Source of the DNA: an uncultured Bacteriovoracaceae bacterium
Lineage (GTDB): Bacteria; Bdellovibrionota; UBA2394
NCBI GenBank assembly: GCA_964655245.1
Contig: CAZZLQ010000002.1
Coordinates: forward strand, 10,654 to 74,653
Reading direction: 5' to 3'
DNA: 64,000 bases
The notes under the pieces were generated by a model, which worked only from the letters and a program-made list of their open reading frames with translations, did no database searches and was not told the origin of the DNA. The stretch's first letter is position 1. Every line of letters begins with the position of its first letter. Position numbers and translations under genes: made by a program. Below, in pieces: positions 29,838 through 39,304 of this stretch.

Positions 29838-31280
29838 TTAGACTTGTTGGAAGAATGCTTCGAGTCGATGAAGCCCATCTTTTAACATGGGCTCTGAGGA
29901 CTTTGTCTTGTCAATCTTTCGAATGGCATGAAGGACCGTGGTATGATTTTTACCACCAAACAAAGTGCCAATGTCGGGCAGTGAAAGGTGAGTATACTTT
30001 CTGCACAGATACATAGCTAGTTGGCGAGGAATTGCCAGCTGTCGATTTTTTCTCTCCGATTTCAAATCGGCGACAGAGATTTGAAACTCTTTTGCCACCA
30101 AACGCAGAATTTCTTCGGGATCTCGTTGGAAACCACCATCCATGTCGGGCAGATCATGCTGCAAAACTTTTTTGCAGAGATCTAAATTAATCTCTGAACC
30201 CGTAAGAGACGCATAAGCGCTTAGCTTGATGAGAGCGCCCTCCAGCTCTCGAATGTTCGCTCGGTACATTCGAGCGAGAAAAAAGGCGACATCATTTGAG
30301 ATCTCTATACCATCCATCTCAGCCTTTTTGATGACAATGGCTACCCTCGTCTCCATTTCGGGGGCCTTGATATCGACGATCAATCCCATCTCAAATCGGC
30401 TTCGCAAGCGGTCTTCAAGGCCTTCAATCTGTGTCGGAGGGCGATCAGAAGAAAGAACAATTTGTTTTTGATGCTCATAGAGAGAGTTAAAAGTGTGAAA
30501 GAACTCCTCCTGCACCCGCTCTTTTCCAGAGATAAACTGAATGTCGTCGATCACCAAGACATCGCAATTTTTTCGGTAGCGCTCTCTGAACTCCTCCATT
30601 CGACCAAACCGAATGCTTTCGATCATATGGTTCGTGAATTTTTCAAAGGTTGTATAGTGAACGCGCGAACCGGGGAACTTTTCTTGAATCTTAAGCCCAA
30701 TCGCATTCATCAAATGGGTTTTTCCAAGGCCAACATCGCCGTAGATGAAAAGTGGATTGTATTGTCGTCCCGGGGCTTCGGCGGCAGCAAAACAAGCGGC
30801 GTGCGCAAACTGGTTGCTTGCTCCCACGACAAACGTTTCGAAACCATACTTGGGATTGAGCTGACTGGTCCCCGTGGGGGCCTTTAAAGCCGGAGATTTG
30901 AGGCCAGGGGCGTTTTGAATTGAGCGCTTAGCCATTTCCTCAACTGTGACCGAGGTTCGGGGTTTGGCCGTCTCGGTCGTAAACAAATCCGGTGCTACAA
31001 CGAACTCCAGCTTAAATCGAGCCTGAGAGGCCTCATCAAAGATCTCCTGGATATGATTCGAAAAGTGGTCAAACACCCAATTTCTCAGGAATTTGTCAGA
31101 AAAGCCGAGTAGCAGGGTCCGTCCTCGAGAGCCCACCAGCTTGATACGAGGCATGAAAGTCTGAAAATACTGAGGCCGCGTCGACTTCTCGATCATGTAA
31201 GACGAGGCTTTTTCCCATGCCGATTGCATTTCAGGTGTAACAGGCCCTGGAGCCTCTTGATTTTCGACAGACTCTTTCAT
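29838..31280 (-). CDS. dnaA: Chromosomal replication initiator protein DnaA
   Basis: 480 aa. AAA+ Walker A (GDVGLGKTHLM) and Walker B (VLVIDDIQF). Domain IV DNA-binding helix region (RQLAMYLCRKYT..SLPDIGTLFGGKNHTTVLHA). Confidence 0.97.
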   Translation of the reverse strand: MKESVENQEAPGPVTPEMQSAWEKASSYMIEKSTRPQYFQTFMPRIKLVGSRGRTLLLGFSDKFLRNWVFDHFSNHIQEIFDEASQARFKLEFVVAPDLFTTETAKPRTSVTVEEMAKRSIQNAPGLKSPALKAPTGTSQLNPKYGFETFVVGASNQFAHAACFAAAEAPGRQYNPLFIYGDVGLGKTHLMNAIGLKIQEKFPGSRVHYTTFEKFTNHMIESIRFGRMEEFRERYRKNCDVLVIDDIQFISGKERVQEEFFHTFNSLYEHQKQIVLSSDRPPTQIEGLEDRLRSRFEMGLIVDIKAPEMETRVAIVIKKAEMDGIEISNDVAFFLARMYRANIRELEGALIKLSAYASLTGSEINLDLCKKVLQHDLPDMDGGFQRDPEEILRLVAKEFQISVADLKSERKNRQLAIPRQLAMYLCRKYTHLSLPDIGTLFGGKNHTTVLHAIRKIDKTKSSEPMLKDGLHRLEAFFQQV

Positions 31281-31371
31281 ACAACGTGTGCTTGGAAAGT
31301 TTACCTCGCGACTCCCTAGATAAAGGTTGATGAGGGTCTCGGGTCAAACTTTTTTTGGAGTATAAAAGAAG

Positions 31372-31521
31372 ATGAAAAGAACATACAGCCCAAGCAAAAC
31401 CCGTCGCAAACGGACTCACGGATTTCTCACGCGCATGGAGACCCCTGGTGGTCGACGGGCACTGAGCCGCCGAAGAACAAAGGGTCGTAAGCGACTGACG
31501 GTCTCTGTGTACAAAAAGTAG
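31372..31521 (+). CDS. rpmH: 50S ribosomal protein L34
   Basis: Found by manual translation; at 49 aa it is below the ORF-track cutoff. Sequence: [49 protein letters not shown]. Classic position, divergent from dnaA and upstream of rnpA. Confidence 0.93.
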   Translation: MKRTYSPSKTRRKRTHGFLTRMETPGGRRALSRRRTKGRKRLTVSVYKK

Positions 31522-31542
31522 TGTAATTTCAAAGCCCTGGGT

Positions 31543-31890
31543 TTGGCCATGAGGCTCAGAAAAAAAGATAGACTGCTTAAAAGGTCAGATTTTAAGGCGC
31601 TTTTGACCGAAGCGCACGCCGGTCGTCGTGCGCAAAACATCCTCAAAATCGGTAGTTTCAGAGTGTATCGAAATCTGCAGGAGACCCCTGCTCGGCTCGG
31701 GATTAATGTTGCACGCCGAATTCTAAAGAGCAGCGTGGATCGAAATCGAGTGAAGCGGTGCTTGAGAGAATTTTTCAGGCTCAATAGAGATCGATTGTCC
31801 GGAGATTATTTGTTCAAGCTCGAGCGAGCTCCGCAGTCGCAGTCTTGCGTAGACCTTACAGCGCCACTGAAGCGACTGTTGAGTGACTAA
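31543..31890 (+). CDS. rnpA: Ribonuclease P protein component
   Basis: 115 aa and basic. Has a LLKRSDFKAL block and the RNR-type motif (VDRNRVKRCLRE). Follows rpmH. Confidence 0.9.
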   Translation: MAMRLRKKDRLLKRSDFKALLTEAHAGRRAQNILKIGSFRVYRNLQETPARLGINVARRILKSSVDRNRVKRCLREFFRLNRDRLSGDYLFKLERAPQSQSCVDLTAPLKRLLSD

Positions 31891-31907
31891 ATATATAGAG
31901 GCGTTGA

Positions 31908-32144
31908 ATGATCAATCTGGTCTTGTTGCAGTGCGTTAAAATTTATCAAGCTCTTTCAATGGTGATTCACTCGGTAGCAGGTCTCATCGGGGTAGACACC
32001 CAGTGTAAGTTTCCCGAATCGTGCTCTCGTTATGCGGTGCGTCAGCTATCAGACAAAGATCTTGGATCTTTCCGGGCTGTTCAACGCATAGCGTTAAGGC
32101 TATTGATGTGTTCTCCGCTCTACGGACTTTTGGTGAAGGAGTAA
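31908..32144 (+). CDS. yidD: Membrane protein insertion efficiency factor YidD
   Basis: 78 aa. Motifs IYQ, CKFPESCSRYA and a C-terminal Cys. Sits between rnpA and yidC. Confidence 0.8.
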   Translation: MINLVLLQCVKIYQALSMVIHSVAGLIGVDTQCKFPESCSRYAVRQLSDKDLGSFRAVQRIALRLLMCSPLYGLLVKE

Positions 32145-32150
32145 TTCAAA

Positions 32151-33785
32151 ATGGATTTCAAAACGATACTGGCTTTTGCGCTGATGATTCTGATCTACAT
32201 TTTTTTCTTCCAGCCAACAGTTCCTCCGCCACCACCCGCGGCAACTCAGACCGCGGAGCAAAAAAGTGAGAAGGCTGCTGGAGTTGGTGACACAAAGCAG
32301 GAGCGCGCTGCGTCAAAGTTAGATGCGAAAAACGCCGAGCTACAGAAGAAAAGATTTGTACTGGAAAATCAAAGCCTCTCCGTAAACTTAAATGGTTTAG
32401 GCCAAGTTGTTGACTTGAAGCTGAAGAAGTATGAGAAGTCTTTTGGTTCTGAGGAAAAGGTTGCCTATAGTTTTAGCGAGGCTCCGCTGAATCGAGGTCA
32501 GCTTCTTGGGCCATCAGGTGAGCCTAACTGGCAGCTGAAGTCTCAATCCCCAAGTGAGCTAACCCTTGTTGCGAGAGCTGGCGATCTCCAGTATGAGCGA
32601 GTGATTGCGCTGAGCCCAAGCGATCCGTATGTCCTTGAGGTTAAAGAGTCGGCACTCAATGTCGCATCTTCGAGCGTTCGTTTGGTTCCTCAACTGAGCC
32701 TCTTTCATCCCTTTGAGTATGAGACTCCAAAGCCGGGATTCTGGGCAACGCTGATTAAGCCTCAAACAGAGATTCAGTCGATCGTCTTTTACTTGGACGG
32801 CGCTTTGAAACGAGTGACTCTGGCTGAGGTGCAGAGCGCGCAAGACAGGGAGGGTGCGATTCAGTACGGCGGATACACCTCGCGCTACTTCTTCTTGGGA
32901 GCGGTTCCATTGGACACTTCAATGACGGGCCTTAGTTTTATGAGACTACCCTCAAGAAGCATTTTGTCGTCTTACAAATTCAGCGAAAAACAGCTCCCGC
33001 CTCAGGAGAAAACCTCATTTTCCTATCAACTTTATCTGGGACCAAAGAACCTGAGCTATCTGACCCCTATGGGATCTTCATTGGGGGAGGTTGTTGAGTA
33101 CGGCTCTTGGATTGGCCCGATTTCGCGCTTCCTTCTTGGCATTCTGAATTTTTTCCACGGGCTCATTCCGAACTTCGGGGTGGCAATCATTTTACTCACT
33201 CTCTTGGTTAAGTGCCTTTTGTTTCCGCTTGCTTACAAGGCTGCGGTCTCAGCCCGAAGGCTTCAGGTGATCGCTCCCCGAATGCAGGATATCAAAACCC
33301 GATACAAGGACGATAAGTTCCGTATGCAGCAGGAAATGATGGCTCTCTATAAAACAGAGAAGGTGAACCCGTTCGGCGGCTGCTTGCCACTTCTTCTGCA
33401 GTTTCCCATTTTCATCGCGCTTTATCGTCTGTTTTTTGTATCCATTGAAATGCGGCATACCCCATTCTTCGGCTGGATCAAGGACCTCTCGGCCCATGAC
33501 CCCTATTTGATCACCCCCATTATCATGGTCGCTCTCATGTGGCTGCAGCAGAAGATGACCCCCATGCCACCAGCCATGGAGGACAATGAGGCCGTACAGA
33601 TGCAGCGAGCGATGCTCAAGTGGATGCCACTTATGTTTGGTGGGCTTATGCTGTTTCTGCCAGCGGGTCTAAACCTGTACTTTTTGACGAATGCGGGCTT
33701 TTCAATCCTTCAGCAAATTTATCTCAACAGGCACCTCGAAATGAAGTATCCACTTCCCGCGAGCCCCAAAGCCAAGCTGGCTTAA
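32151..33785 (+). CDS. yidC: Membrane protein insertase YidC
   Basis: 544 aa. N-terminal TM helix, large periplasmic domain and a conserved C-terminal core (NFGVAIILLTLLVK..PL, MQ.I.P....I..KYKDD, GCLPLLLQFPIF). Confidence 0.95.
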   Translation: MDFKTILAFALMILIYIFFFQPTVPPPPPAATQTAEQKSEKAAGVGDTKQERAASKLDAKNAELQKKRFVLENQSLSVNLNGLGQVVDLKLKKYEKSFGSEEKVAYSFSEAPLNRGQLLGPSGEPNWQLKSQSPSELTLVARAGDLQYERVIALSPSDPYVLEVKESALNVASSSVRLVPQLSLFHPFEYETPKPGFWATLIKPQTEIQSIVFYLDGALKRVTLAEVQSAQDREGAIQYGGYTSRYFFLGAVPLDTSMTGLSFMRLPSRSILSSYKFSEKQLPPQEKTSFSYQLYLGPKNLSYLTPMGSSLGEVVEYGSWIGPISRFLLGILNFFHGLIPNFGVAIILLTLLVKCLLFPLAYKAAVSARRLQVIAPRMQDIKTRYKDDKFRMQQEMMALYKTEKVNPFGGCLPLLLQFPIFIALYRLFFVSIEMRHTPFFGWIKDLSAHDPYLITPIIMVALMWLQQKMTPMPPAMEDNEAVQMQRAMLKWMPLMFGGLMLFLPAGLNLYFLTNAGFSILQQIYLNRHLEMKYPLPASPKAKLA

Positions 33786-33800
33786 GGGGCCTCGGTAAGT

Positions 33801-35123
33801 ATGACCTTCGAGATTGATACCATAGTGGCCCCAGCCACCCCGGCAGGGCGGTCGGCGATCGCCCTCATTCGCCTGTCGGGGCCCAAAACGAAAGCTATCG
33901 TGGCTTCCATGGCGAATCGCATTTTCATGGATAGACGGCCTACCCTTACACTTTTGCTGTCCCGAGACGGCTCGCCGTTGGATGAGGCCCTGGTCACTCT
34001 GTTTGAAGGCCCCCGCTCGTACACGGGCGAAGACTTGGTGGAGATCGCCTGCCATGGAAACCCCATCATTGTGGAAAGAATTGTCTCCGATATTGTTTCA
34101 CGTGGAACACGCCTCGCCGGTGCAGGCGAATTCACCCAGCGGGCTCTAGCCAACGAGAAACTGCGACCCGACCAGGTCGAGGGGTTGGAATGGATGCTCA
34201 ACTCCAGGAGTTTTGTGGGCGCGCAGATTGGCCTACGAGCAAAGCTTGGTCAGGTGGGGGCATCCGTGGATGCCTTGAGGTCTAGCCTCATTGATGTTTT
34301 AAGCGAGCTGGAGGCTGAGCTGGACTTCTCGGAAGAAGAGGCTGGCGCCTTTGATGTTCGGTCGGCCTCAAGGCGGCTTTTGGAGCTAGCAGAAACTGTT
34401 TCTGGTTGGGTTCGAGCCTTTGAAAGAAACAAGACCTTTGTTAGATCCGCTCGTGTCGTCCTCTTGGGACGGCCGAACTCTGGCAAGTCCTCCTTGTTCA
34501 ACGCCTTGATTGGGTTCAACAAGGCGATCGTCTATGAAGCGCCAGGAACGACCCGAGACGTTGTTGAGCATGAGACTGTCGTTAATGGCCGACCCCTCAC
34601 ATTGGTTGACACCGCAGGAATTAGAGAGGCGGAGGACGAGGTTGAGAGGCTTGGGATTGGGCGAAGTATGGAGGCTGCCCGCGGCTCATCGACCGTCTTG
34701 TGGGCCTGCGACCGCGGGACTTTTGATGATCAAGGCGTTCAGAAGGCCCTCGAGGGCTGTCGAGTGTTAAGGGTAGAGACAAAAGCAGACCTTAAGGCGG
34801 CCGCAGAGAGGGGCTCAACCGCCGACTTTCTGGTTTCAGCTAAAAGCGGCCTAGGTCTGGATGACCTTAGGCAGGCCATCGCCTTTCAAGAGGGGGCCGA
34901 GGCCGATGACTTGAGTTTGACCTCTGATCGACAAGCGGGCCTGGCCGCCCTGGCGGAGAAAAGCCTGAGAGAGGCTTCGGAGATGATGGAAAGCGGGGTT
35001 AGTTTGGACCGGGTAGTTGCGACTGCGAATGAGGCCAAGGCAAGAATTGAGGAGATCACTGGCCGAGTCACGGCGGAAGATGTTCTGGCATCAATTTTTT
35101 CGAAGTTTTGCATAGGAAAGTGA
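33801..35123 (+). CDS. mnmE: tRNA modification GTPase MnmE
   Basis: 440 aa. N-terminus DTIVAPATP.G..AIALIRLSG, G-domain motifs GRPNSGKSSL and DTAGIR, and the C-terminal CIGK. Confidence 0.95.
   Translation: MTFEIDTIVAPATPAGRSAIALIRLSGPKTKAIVASMANRIFMDRRPTLTLLLSRDGSPLDEALVTLFEGPRSYTGEDLVEIACHGNPIIVERIVSDIVSRGTRLAGAGEFTQRALANEKLRPDQVEGLEWMLNSRSFVGAQIGLRAKLGQVGASVDALRSSLIDVLSELEAELDFSEEEAGAFDVRSASRRLLELAETVSGWVRAFERNKTFVRSARVVLLGRPNSGKSSLFNALIGFNKAIVYEAPGTTRDVVEHETVVNGRPLTLVDTAGIREAEDEVERLGIGRSMEAARGSSTVLWACDRGTFDDQGVQKALEGCRVLRVETKADLKAAAERGSTADFLVSAKSGLGLDDLRQAIAFQEGAEADDLSLTSDRQAGLAALAEKSLREASEMMESGVSLDRVVATANEAKARIEEITGRVTAEDVLASIFSKFCIGK
34094..34109. other. parS centromere-like site inside the mnmE coding sequence
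   Basis: TGTTTCACGTGGAACA. Its reverse complement TGTTCCACGTGAAACA matches the published parS consensus TGTTNCACGTGAAACA at 16 of 16 positions. Confidence 0.8.
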
Positions 35124-35125
35124 TA

Positions 35126-35141
35126 TGTTTCATGTGAAACA
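35126..35141. other. parS-like site (one central mismatch)
   Basis: TGTTTCATGTGAAACA versus TGTTTCACGTGAAACA. Starts 3 nt after the mnmE stop. Confidence 0.7.
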
Positions 35142-35156
35142 TTCATCCCCCTCCAA

Positions 35157-35172
35157 TGTTTCACATGAAACA
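35157..35172. other. parS-like site (one central mismatch), exact reverse complement of the 35126 site
   Basis: TGTTTCACATGAAACA, located 15 nt downstream of the first site and just upstream of the mnmG start. Confidence 0.7.
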
Positions 35173-35191
35173 TGGTGAAGAGATTAGAAAA

Positions 35192-37114
35192 ATGAATCTG
35201 AGCGACTCAAATTTTGATGTGATTGTTGTTGGTGGAGGCCATGCTGGAGTTGAGGCCTCAGCGGCTGCTGCAAGAATGGGCCGCCGGACCCTGATGATCA
35301 CGATGAATGTCGATCAAATAGGAGCTATGTCTTGCAACCCGGCGGTTGGAGGGCTTGGAAAGAGCCAGCTTGCTCGCGAAGTGGACGCCCTAGGGGGCTT
35401 GATGTGCCAAGTGGCCGACCAGTCCGCCCTTCAGTACAGGGTTTTGAATGAGGCCAAAGGGGCAGCAGTTCGGGCAACCCGAGTGCACGTTGATCGACAT
35501 GAATATCGGCAGCGAATGAAATTCGCCCTTGAGACGTTGAAAAACCTGTCGGTGAAGCAGGGCCAGGTGAAGAGGCTCTTGTTTGAGGGGCAAAATCTGG
35601 TCGGAATTGAGACTTCGGTTGGTCAAAAGTTCTATTCTTCAGCAGTTGTGATTACCACTGGCACCTTTATGAACGGCAAGGCCCACATTGGAGCTCAGAA
35701 TTTTGCCTCCGGACGCGCTGGCGAGCCCCCCTCGGTGGGGCTGTCGGACTTTCTCGCCTCAATTGGCATTCGTATTGGTCGTTTGAAAACTGGGACGGTT
35801 CCGCGGGTTGACCGGCGGACCATTGATTTTAGCAAAACAGAGGAGCAAACATCTCAGAAGGATTGCCAGCCCCTATCGTTTTTCACAAAAAGTCTCAGAG
35901 ACGACCTTGAGAGTGCTCACATCACCTTCACAACTGGCGATACTCATGATGTTATTCGTTCGGGCTTGCCGTTTTCCCCACTTTATTCGGGCATCATTCA
36001 AAGTCGCGGTCCGCGATACTGCCCTTCTGTCGAAGATAAGGTCGTTCGATTTGCGGATAAGGAGCGCCACCAAGTGTTTTTGGAGCGGGAGGGCCGCTGG
36101 ACAGAGGAGGTCTATGTTGGAGGACTTTCCACGAGTCTTCCGTATGAGTTTCAGCTGAAGGCTCTGCGAACAATACCAGGGCTTGAGAGGGTTGAGATCA
36201 TTCGACCAGGATACGCAATTGAGTATGACTATATCGATGCCACCCAGTTAAAGCCCTCACTCGAAATGAAGGATGTCGGTGGGCTTTTCTTTGCTGGTCA
36301 AGTCAACGGGACTTCTGGCTATGAAGAAGCGGCTGCCCAGGGAGTTTTGGCGGGAATCAACGCCGCCCTTTTTGCGTCCGATCGAGACGCCTGGATCCCC
36401 AAGAGATCGGAGGCGTATCTGGGAGTTTTGGTTGACGACCTGACAACCAAGGAAACCAAAGAGCCCTATCGAATGTTTACATCGAGGGCTGAGTGGAGAC
36501 TCCTTTTGAGACAAGACAATGCCGAGGATCGGCTCATGCCAACGGCCCACTCATTCGGACTGGTGACTGACATGCAGATGGAGTCTTTTTTAGAGCGGCA
36601 AGTTCGACGGCAACTGGCTCGTCAGCGCCTCGACTCTCATCGATTCTTTCCAAACGAGAAGACCAATGAAAAGCTGAGGTCCATTATCGGCTCCGAGATT
36701 AAGGTTCCCGCAAGTGCAGCTGAAATCTTGAGACGCCCAACTGTTAATCTAGAGCAGATATGTTCTCTGGATCCATCCGCCCTTGGCGATCTGATGAGCG
36801 AGGCGTTTTATCTAGAAACCGCCGTAAAGTACGAAGGCTACATTGGTCAGGCAGGGGCTCACATCTCAAAGATTGAGAAAATGTATGAGATGCGGATTCC
36901 CGCAGACTTAGACTATTCGAAGCTTGCTGGTCTTAACCACGAGTCGATTGAAAAGCTTTCTCAAATGCGCCCAACAAGTTTGGGTCAGGCTGCGAGGATT
37001 TCTGGGGTCTCACCTGCGACTATTTCTATTCTCGCGATTCATCTTGAAAAGAATAAGAAGCGCGCTTCTCGTGTAGAAAGATCTGAAAGTATTTCTTCAT
37101 CCGCATCACAATGA
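35192..37114 (+). CDS. mnmG: tRNA uridine 5-carboxymethylaminomethyl modification enzyme MnmG (GidA)
   Basis: FAD-binding N-terminus [15 protein letters not shown] begins 7 aa after ATG 35192, matching typical MnmG spacing. Blocks [11 protein letters not shown] and [17 protein letters not shown] are present. The ORF-track start at 35156 lies inside a parS site. Confidence 0.95.
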   Translation: MNLSDSNFDVIVVGGGHAGVEASAAAARMGRRTLMITMNVDQIGAMSCNPAVGGLGKSQLAREVDALGGLMCQVADQSALQYRVLNEAKGAAVRATRVHVDRHEYRQRMKFALETLKNLSVKQGQVKRLLFEGQNLVGIETSVGQKFYSSAVVITTGTFMNGKAHIGAQNFASGRAGEPPSVGLSDFLASIGIRIGRLKTGTVPRVDRRTIDFSKTEEQTSQKDCQPLSFFTKSLRDDLESAHITFTTGDTHDVIRSGLPFSPLYSGIIQSRGPRYCPSVEDKVVRFADKERHQVFLEREGRWTEEVYVGGLSTSLPYEFQLKALRTIPGLERVEIIRPGYAIEYDYIDATQLKPSLEMKDVGGLFFAGQVNGTSGYEEAAAQGVLAGINAALFASDRDAWIPKRSEAYLGVLVDDLTTKETKEPYRMFTSRAEWRLLLRQDNAEDRLMPTAHSFGLVTDMQMESFLERQVRRQLARQRLDSHRFFPNEKTNEKLRSIIGSEIKVPASAAEILRRPTVNLEQICSLDPSALGDLMSEAFYLETAVKYEGYIGQAGAHISKIEKMYEMRIPADLDYSKLAGLNHESIEKLSQMRPTSLGQAARISGVSPATISILAIHLEKNKKRASRVERSESISSSASQ

Positions 37115-37195
37115 CGCTTGCATCATTTGCTCTCTATTTGATTTAATAATGATGCGAGAGGGATTACTCAAAATTTAATCAAGGGCAATTGCAGG

Positions 37196-38362
37196 ATGCA
37201 GAATAACAACACGCTTCCCCGATTTATCTCAGTGACCAACCAAAAAGGTGGGGTTGGCAAAACTACCACCTCGGTGAATGTTGCTGCGAGCCTGGCCCAT
37301 CTTGGATTCAAAACCCTTCTCATCGACCTGGACCCCCAAGGCAACGCCAGTAGCGGTGTCGGGGTAGATCGACACTCCTCTGCGACCATCTACGACGTTT
37401 TGATCGGCCAGAAAGATTTGGTAGAGTGTATTCAGCCCACCGCGCTCGACAACCTTTTCGTGATCCCCGCAAATCCCAATCTTATTGGCGCCGAGGTCGA
37501 GCTGATTAATGCAATCTCTCGGGAAAAGAAGCTGAAGTCCGCTCTCAAGAAGCTGCCGATAGATTTTAAGTTTGTTATTTTCGATTGTCCCCCTAGCCTG
37601 GGCCTTCTAACGATCAACGCTTTTACAGCGAGTCACTCCCTCATTATCCCCACTCAGTGTGAGTATTACGCGTTAGAGGGCCTGGGCCAACTTTTGACCA
37701 CCTATCAAATTGTTAAAGAGGACTTGAATGAGAGCCTCGAGATCGAAGGCGTTGTCCTTACGATGTACGACCCTCGGAATAAATTGACGCATGAAGTCGT
37801 TAAGGAGCTTAAGCAGCATTTTCCTGAGAAGCTTTATGACGCGGTGATCCCTAGAAATGTGAAACTGTCAGAGTCTCCTAGTTTCGGTAAGCCCATCATC
37901 TTATATGATGCTGAGTCGAAGGGCTGTTCAGCCTATGTTTCTTTGTCACGGGAGATTTTGAGTCGTCTCGGTATCCAGGTTGAAGAGCCGGTTAACGCAC
38001 TGCAGCAGGAATCGGTTGTGTCAGAAGCGGTTGAGATAAGCCCGCTGCCGGCCCAGGAAGCCGAAAAAGCCGAGGAAGTTCAACAGCTTGTGGTAGATTC
38101 CGAAGGGCTCACTCAAGAGGCTCCTCAAAATGAACAGGTTCTTATAGAAGAGGGGCCCTTGGCAGGTGATTCGAGGGGGGTGGCTGCAGAGGTAGTGCCT
38201 TCACTTGATATGGAGGCGACTTCAGTGGCGGACGCTCAGTTTACCTTAGAGGGCGAGCTCACTGATGAACAGTGGAGAGCTTTAGAGTTAGCAACGGCAC
38301 CAGAGTCGGTTGCTGTTGAGACCAATGGGTCAGAAGTTAAAGTGGACGAACATACAGCTTAA
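37196..38362 (+). CDS. parA: Chromosome partitioning ATPase ParA/Soj with a ~130-aa acidic C-terminal extension
   Basis: Deviant Walker A (NQKGGVGKTTT), DLDPQGN and a full ParA core up to about aa 258 (..SREILSRLG). An E/Q/V/A-rich tail follows to aa 388. Confidence 0.93.
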   Translation: MQNNNTLPRFISVTNQKGGVGKTTTSVNVAASLAHLGFKTLLIDLDPQGNASSGVGVDRHSSATIYDVLIGQKDLVECIQPTALDNLFVIPANPNLIGAEVELINAISREKKLKSALKKLPIDFKFVIFDCPPSLGLLTINAFTASHSLIIPTQCEYYALEGLGQLLTTYQIVKEDLNESLEIEGVVLTMYDPRNKLTHEVVKELKQHFPEKLYDAVIPRNVKLSESPSFGKPIILYDAESKGCSAYVSLSREILSRLGIQVEEPVNALQQESVVSEAVEISPLPAQEAEKAEEVQQLVVDSEGLTQEAPQNEQVLIEEGPLAGDSRGVAAEVVPSLDMEATSVADAQFTLEGELTDEQWRALELATAPESVAVETNGSEVKVDEHTA

Positions 38363-38377
38363 GGAGAGTGGTTGGGG

Positions 38378-39304
38378 ATGGAAACAACAAGTAATAAGCC
38401 GGAAGCTCCAAAATCAGTACTGGGACGCGGAATCGGAAGTTTGCTGCCAGAGGCAAATAAGCGCGGCTACTTCATGTGCCCAATTGGGGAGTTGTATCCA
38501 AACCACGCTCAGCCAAGAAAGCATTTTGATGAGACGAGGCTTCAAGAGTTAGCGCAGAGCATTAGAGAAAAAGGCGTGCTTCAGCCGATTATCGCCAAGA
38601 AGACTGACAAGGGATACGTCATCATCGCTGGCGAGCGCCGCTGGAGAGCCTCGCAGATTGCTGGCAAAAAAGAAGTGCCGGTTATTCTGAAGGACCTATC
38701 TGATAATGAGATTCTTGAAACTGCCTTGATTGAGAACATTCAGCGGCAGGATCTTAACCCGATTGAAGAGGCCGAGTCCTATCAGCGATTGATTCTGGAT
38801 TTGGGGCTGACTCAAGAAGAAGTCGCCCGCCGCGTCGGTAAGGATCGCACAACCATCGCCAACGCATTGAGACTGCTTAAGCTCTCGAAAGAGGTTCGCG
38901 AGAAGATTGTGACCGGTGAGCTTAGCGTTGGGCACGCTCGATGCTTGATTGTCCTAGAGGACAAGGGAGTTCAGAACCAACTTTTGGCCGAGATTCTCCA
39001 AAAAGGCTATTCGGTTCGTCAGGTCGAGGCGCTTGTCAAAAGAGTTAAAGACGGGGCGACTTCTGGTGCCAGTGCAGCAACGAGCACGGAGCGGGTTGAA
39101 CAAGAGCTCAGCGCGCTGAAGGCGGTGGGCCAAGAGCTGGAAGAATATTTTCAGTCAAAAACCGAGATTCGATCTCATGGAGCGGGACGCGGTCAAATCA
39201 TAATTCAATATTTGACCCAAGAAGATTTTGATAGAATCATTGGAAAGGTTCGCAAATCTCATGAGCAATCGAAGATCCAGTCTATCAACCATTACACTTC
39301 TTGA
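38378..39304 (+). CDS. parB: Chromosome partitioning protein ParB/Spo0J
   Basis: N-terminus LGRGIGSLLP, the ParB box IAGERRWRA, the HTH region (TQEEVARRVGKDRTTIANALRLLKL) and a C-terminal dimerisation region. ATG 38378 follows AAGGAG; the ORF-track TTG is at 38372. Confidence 0.95.
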   Translation: METTSNKPEAPKSVLGRGIGSLLPEANKRGYFMCPIGELYPNHAQPRKHFDETRLQELAQSIREKGVLQPIIAKKTDKGYVIIAGERRWRASQIAGKKEVPVILKDLSDNEILETALIENIQRQDLNPIEEAESYQRLILDLGLTQEEVARRVGKDRTTIANALRLLKLSKEVREKIVTGELSVGHARCLIVLEDKGVQNQLLAEILQKGYSVRQVEALVKRVKDGATSGASAATSTERVEQELSALKAVGQELEEYFQSKTEIRSHGAGRGQIIIQYLTQEDFDRIIGKVRKSHEQSKIQSINHYTS

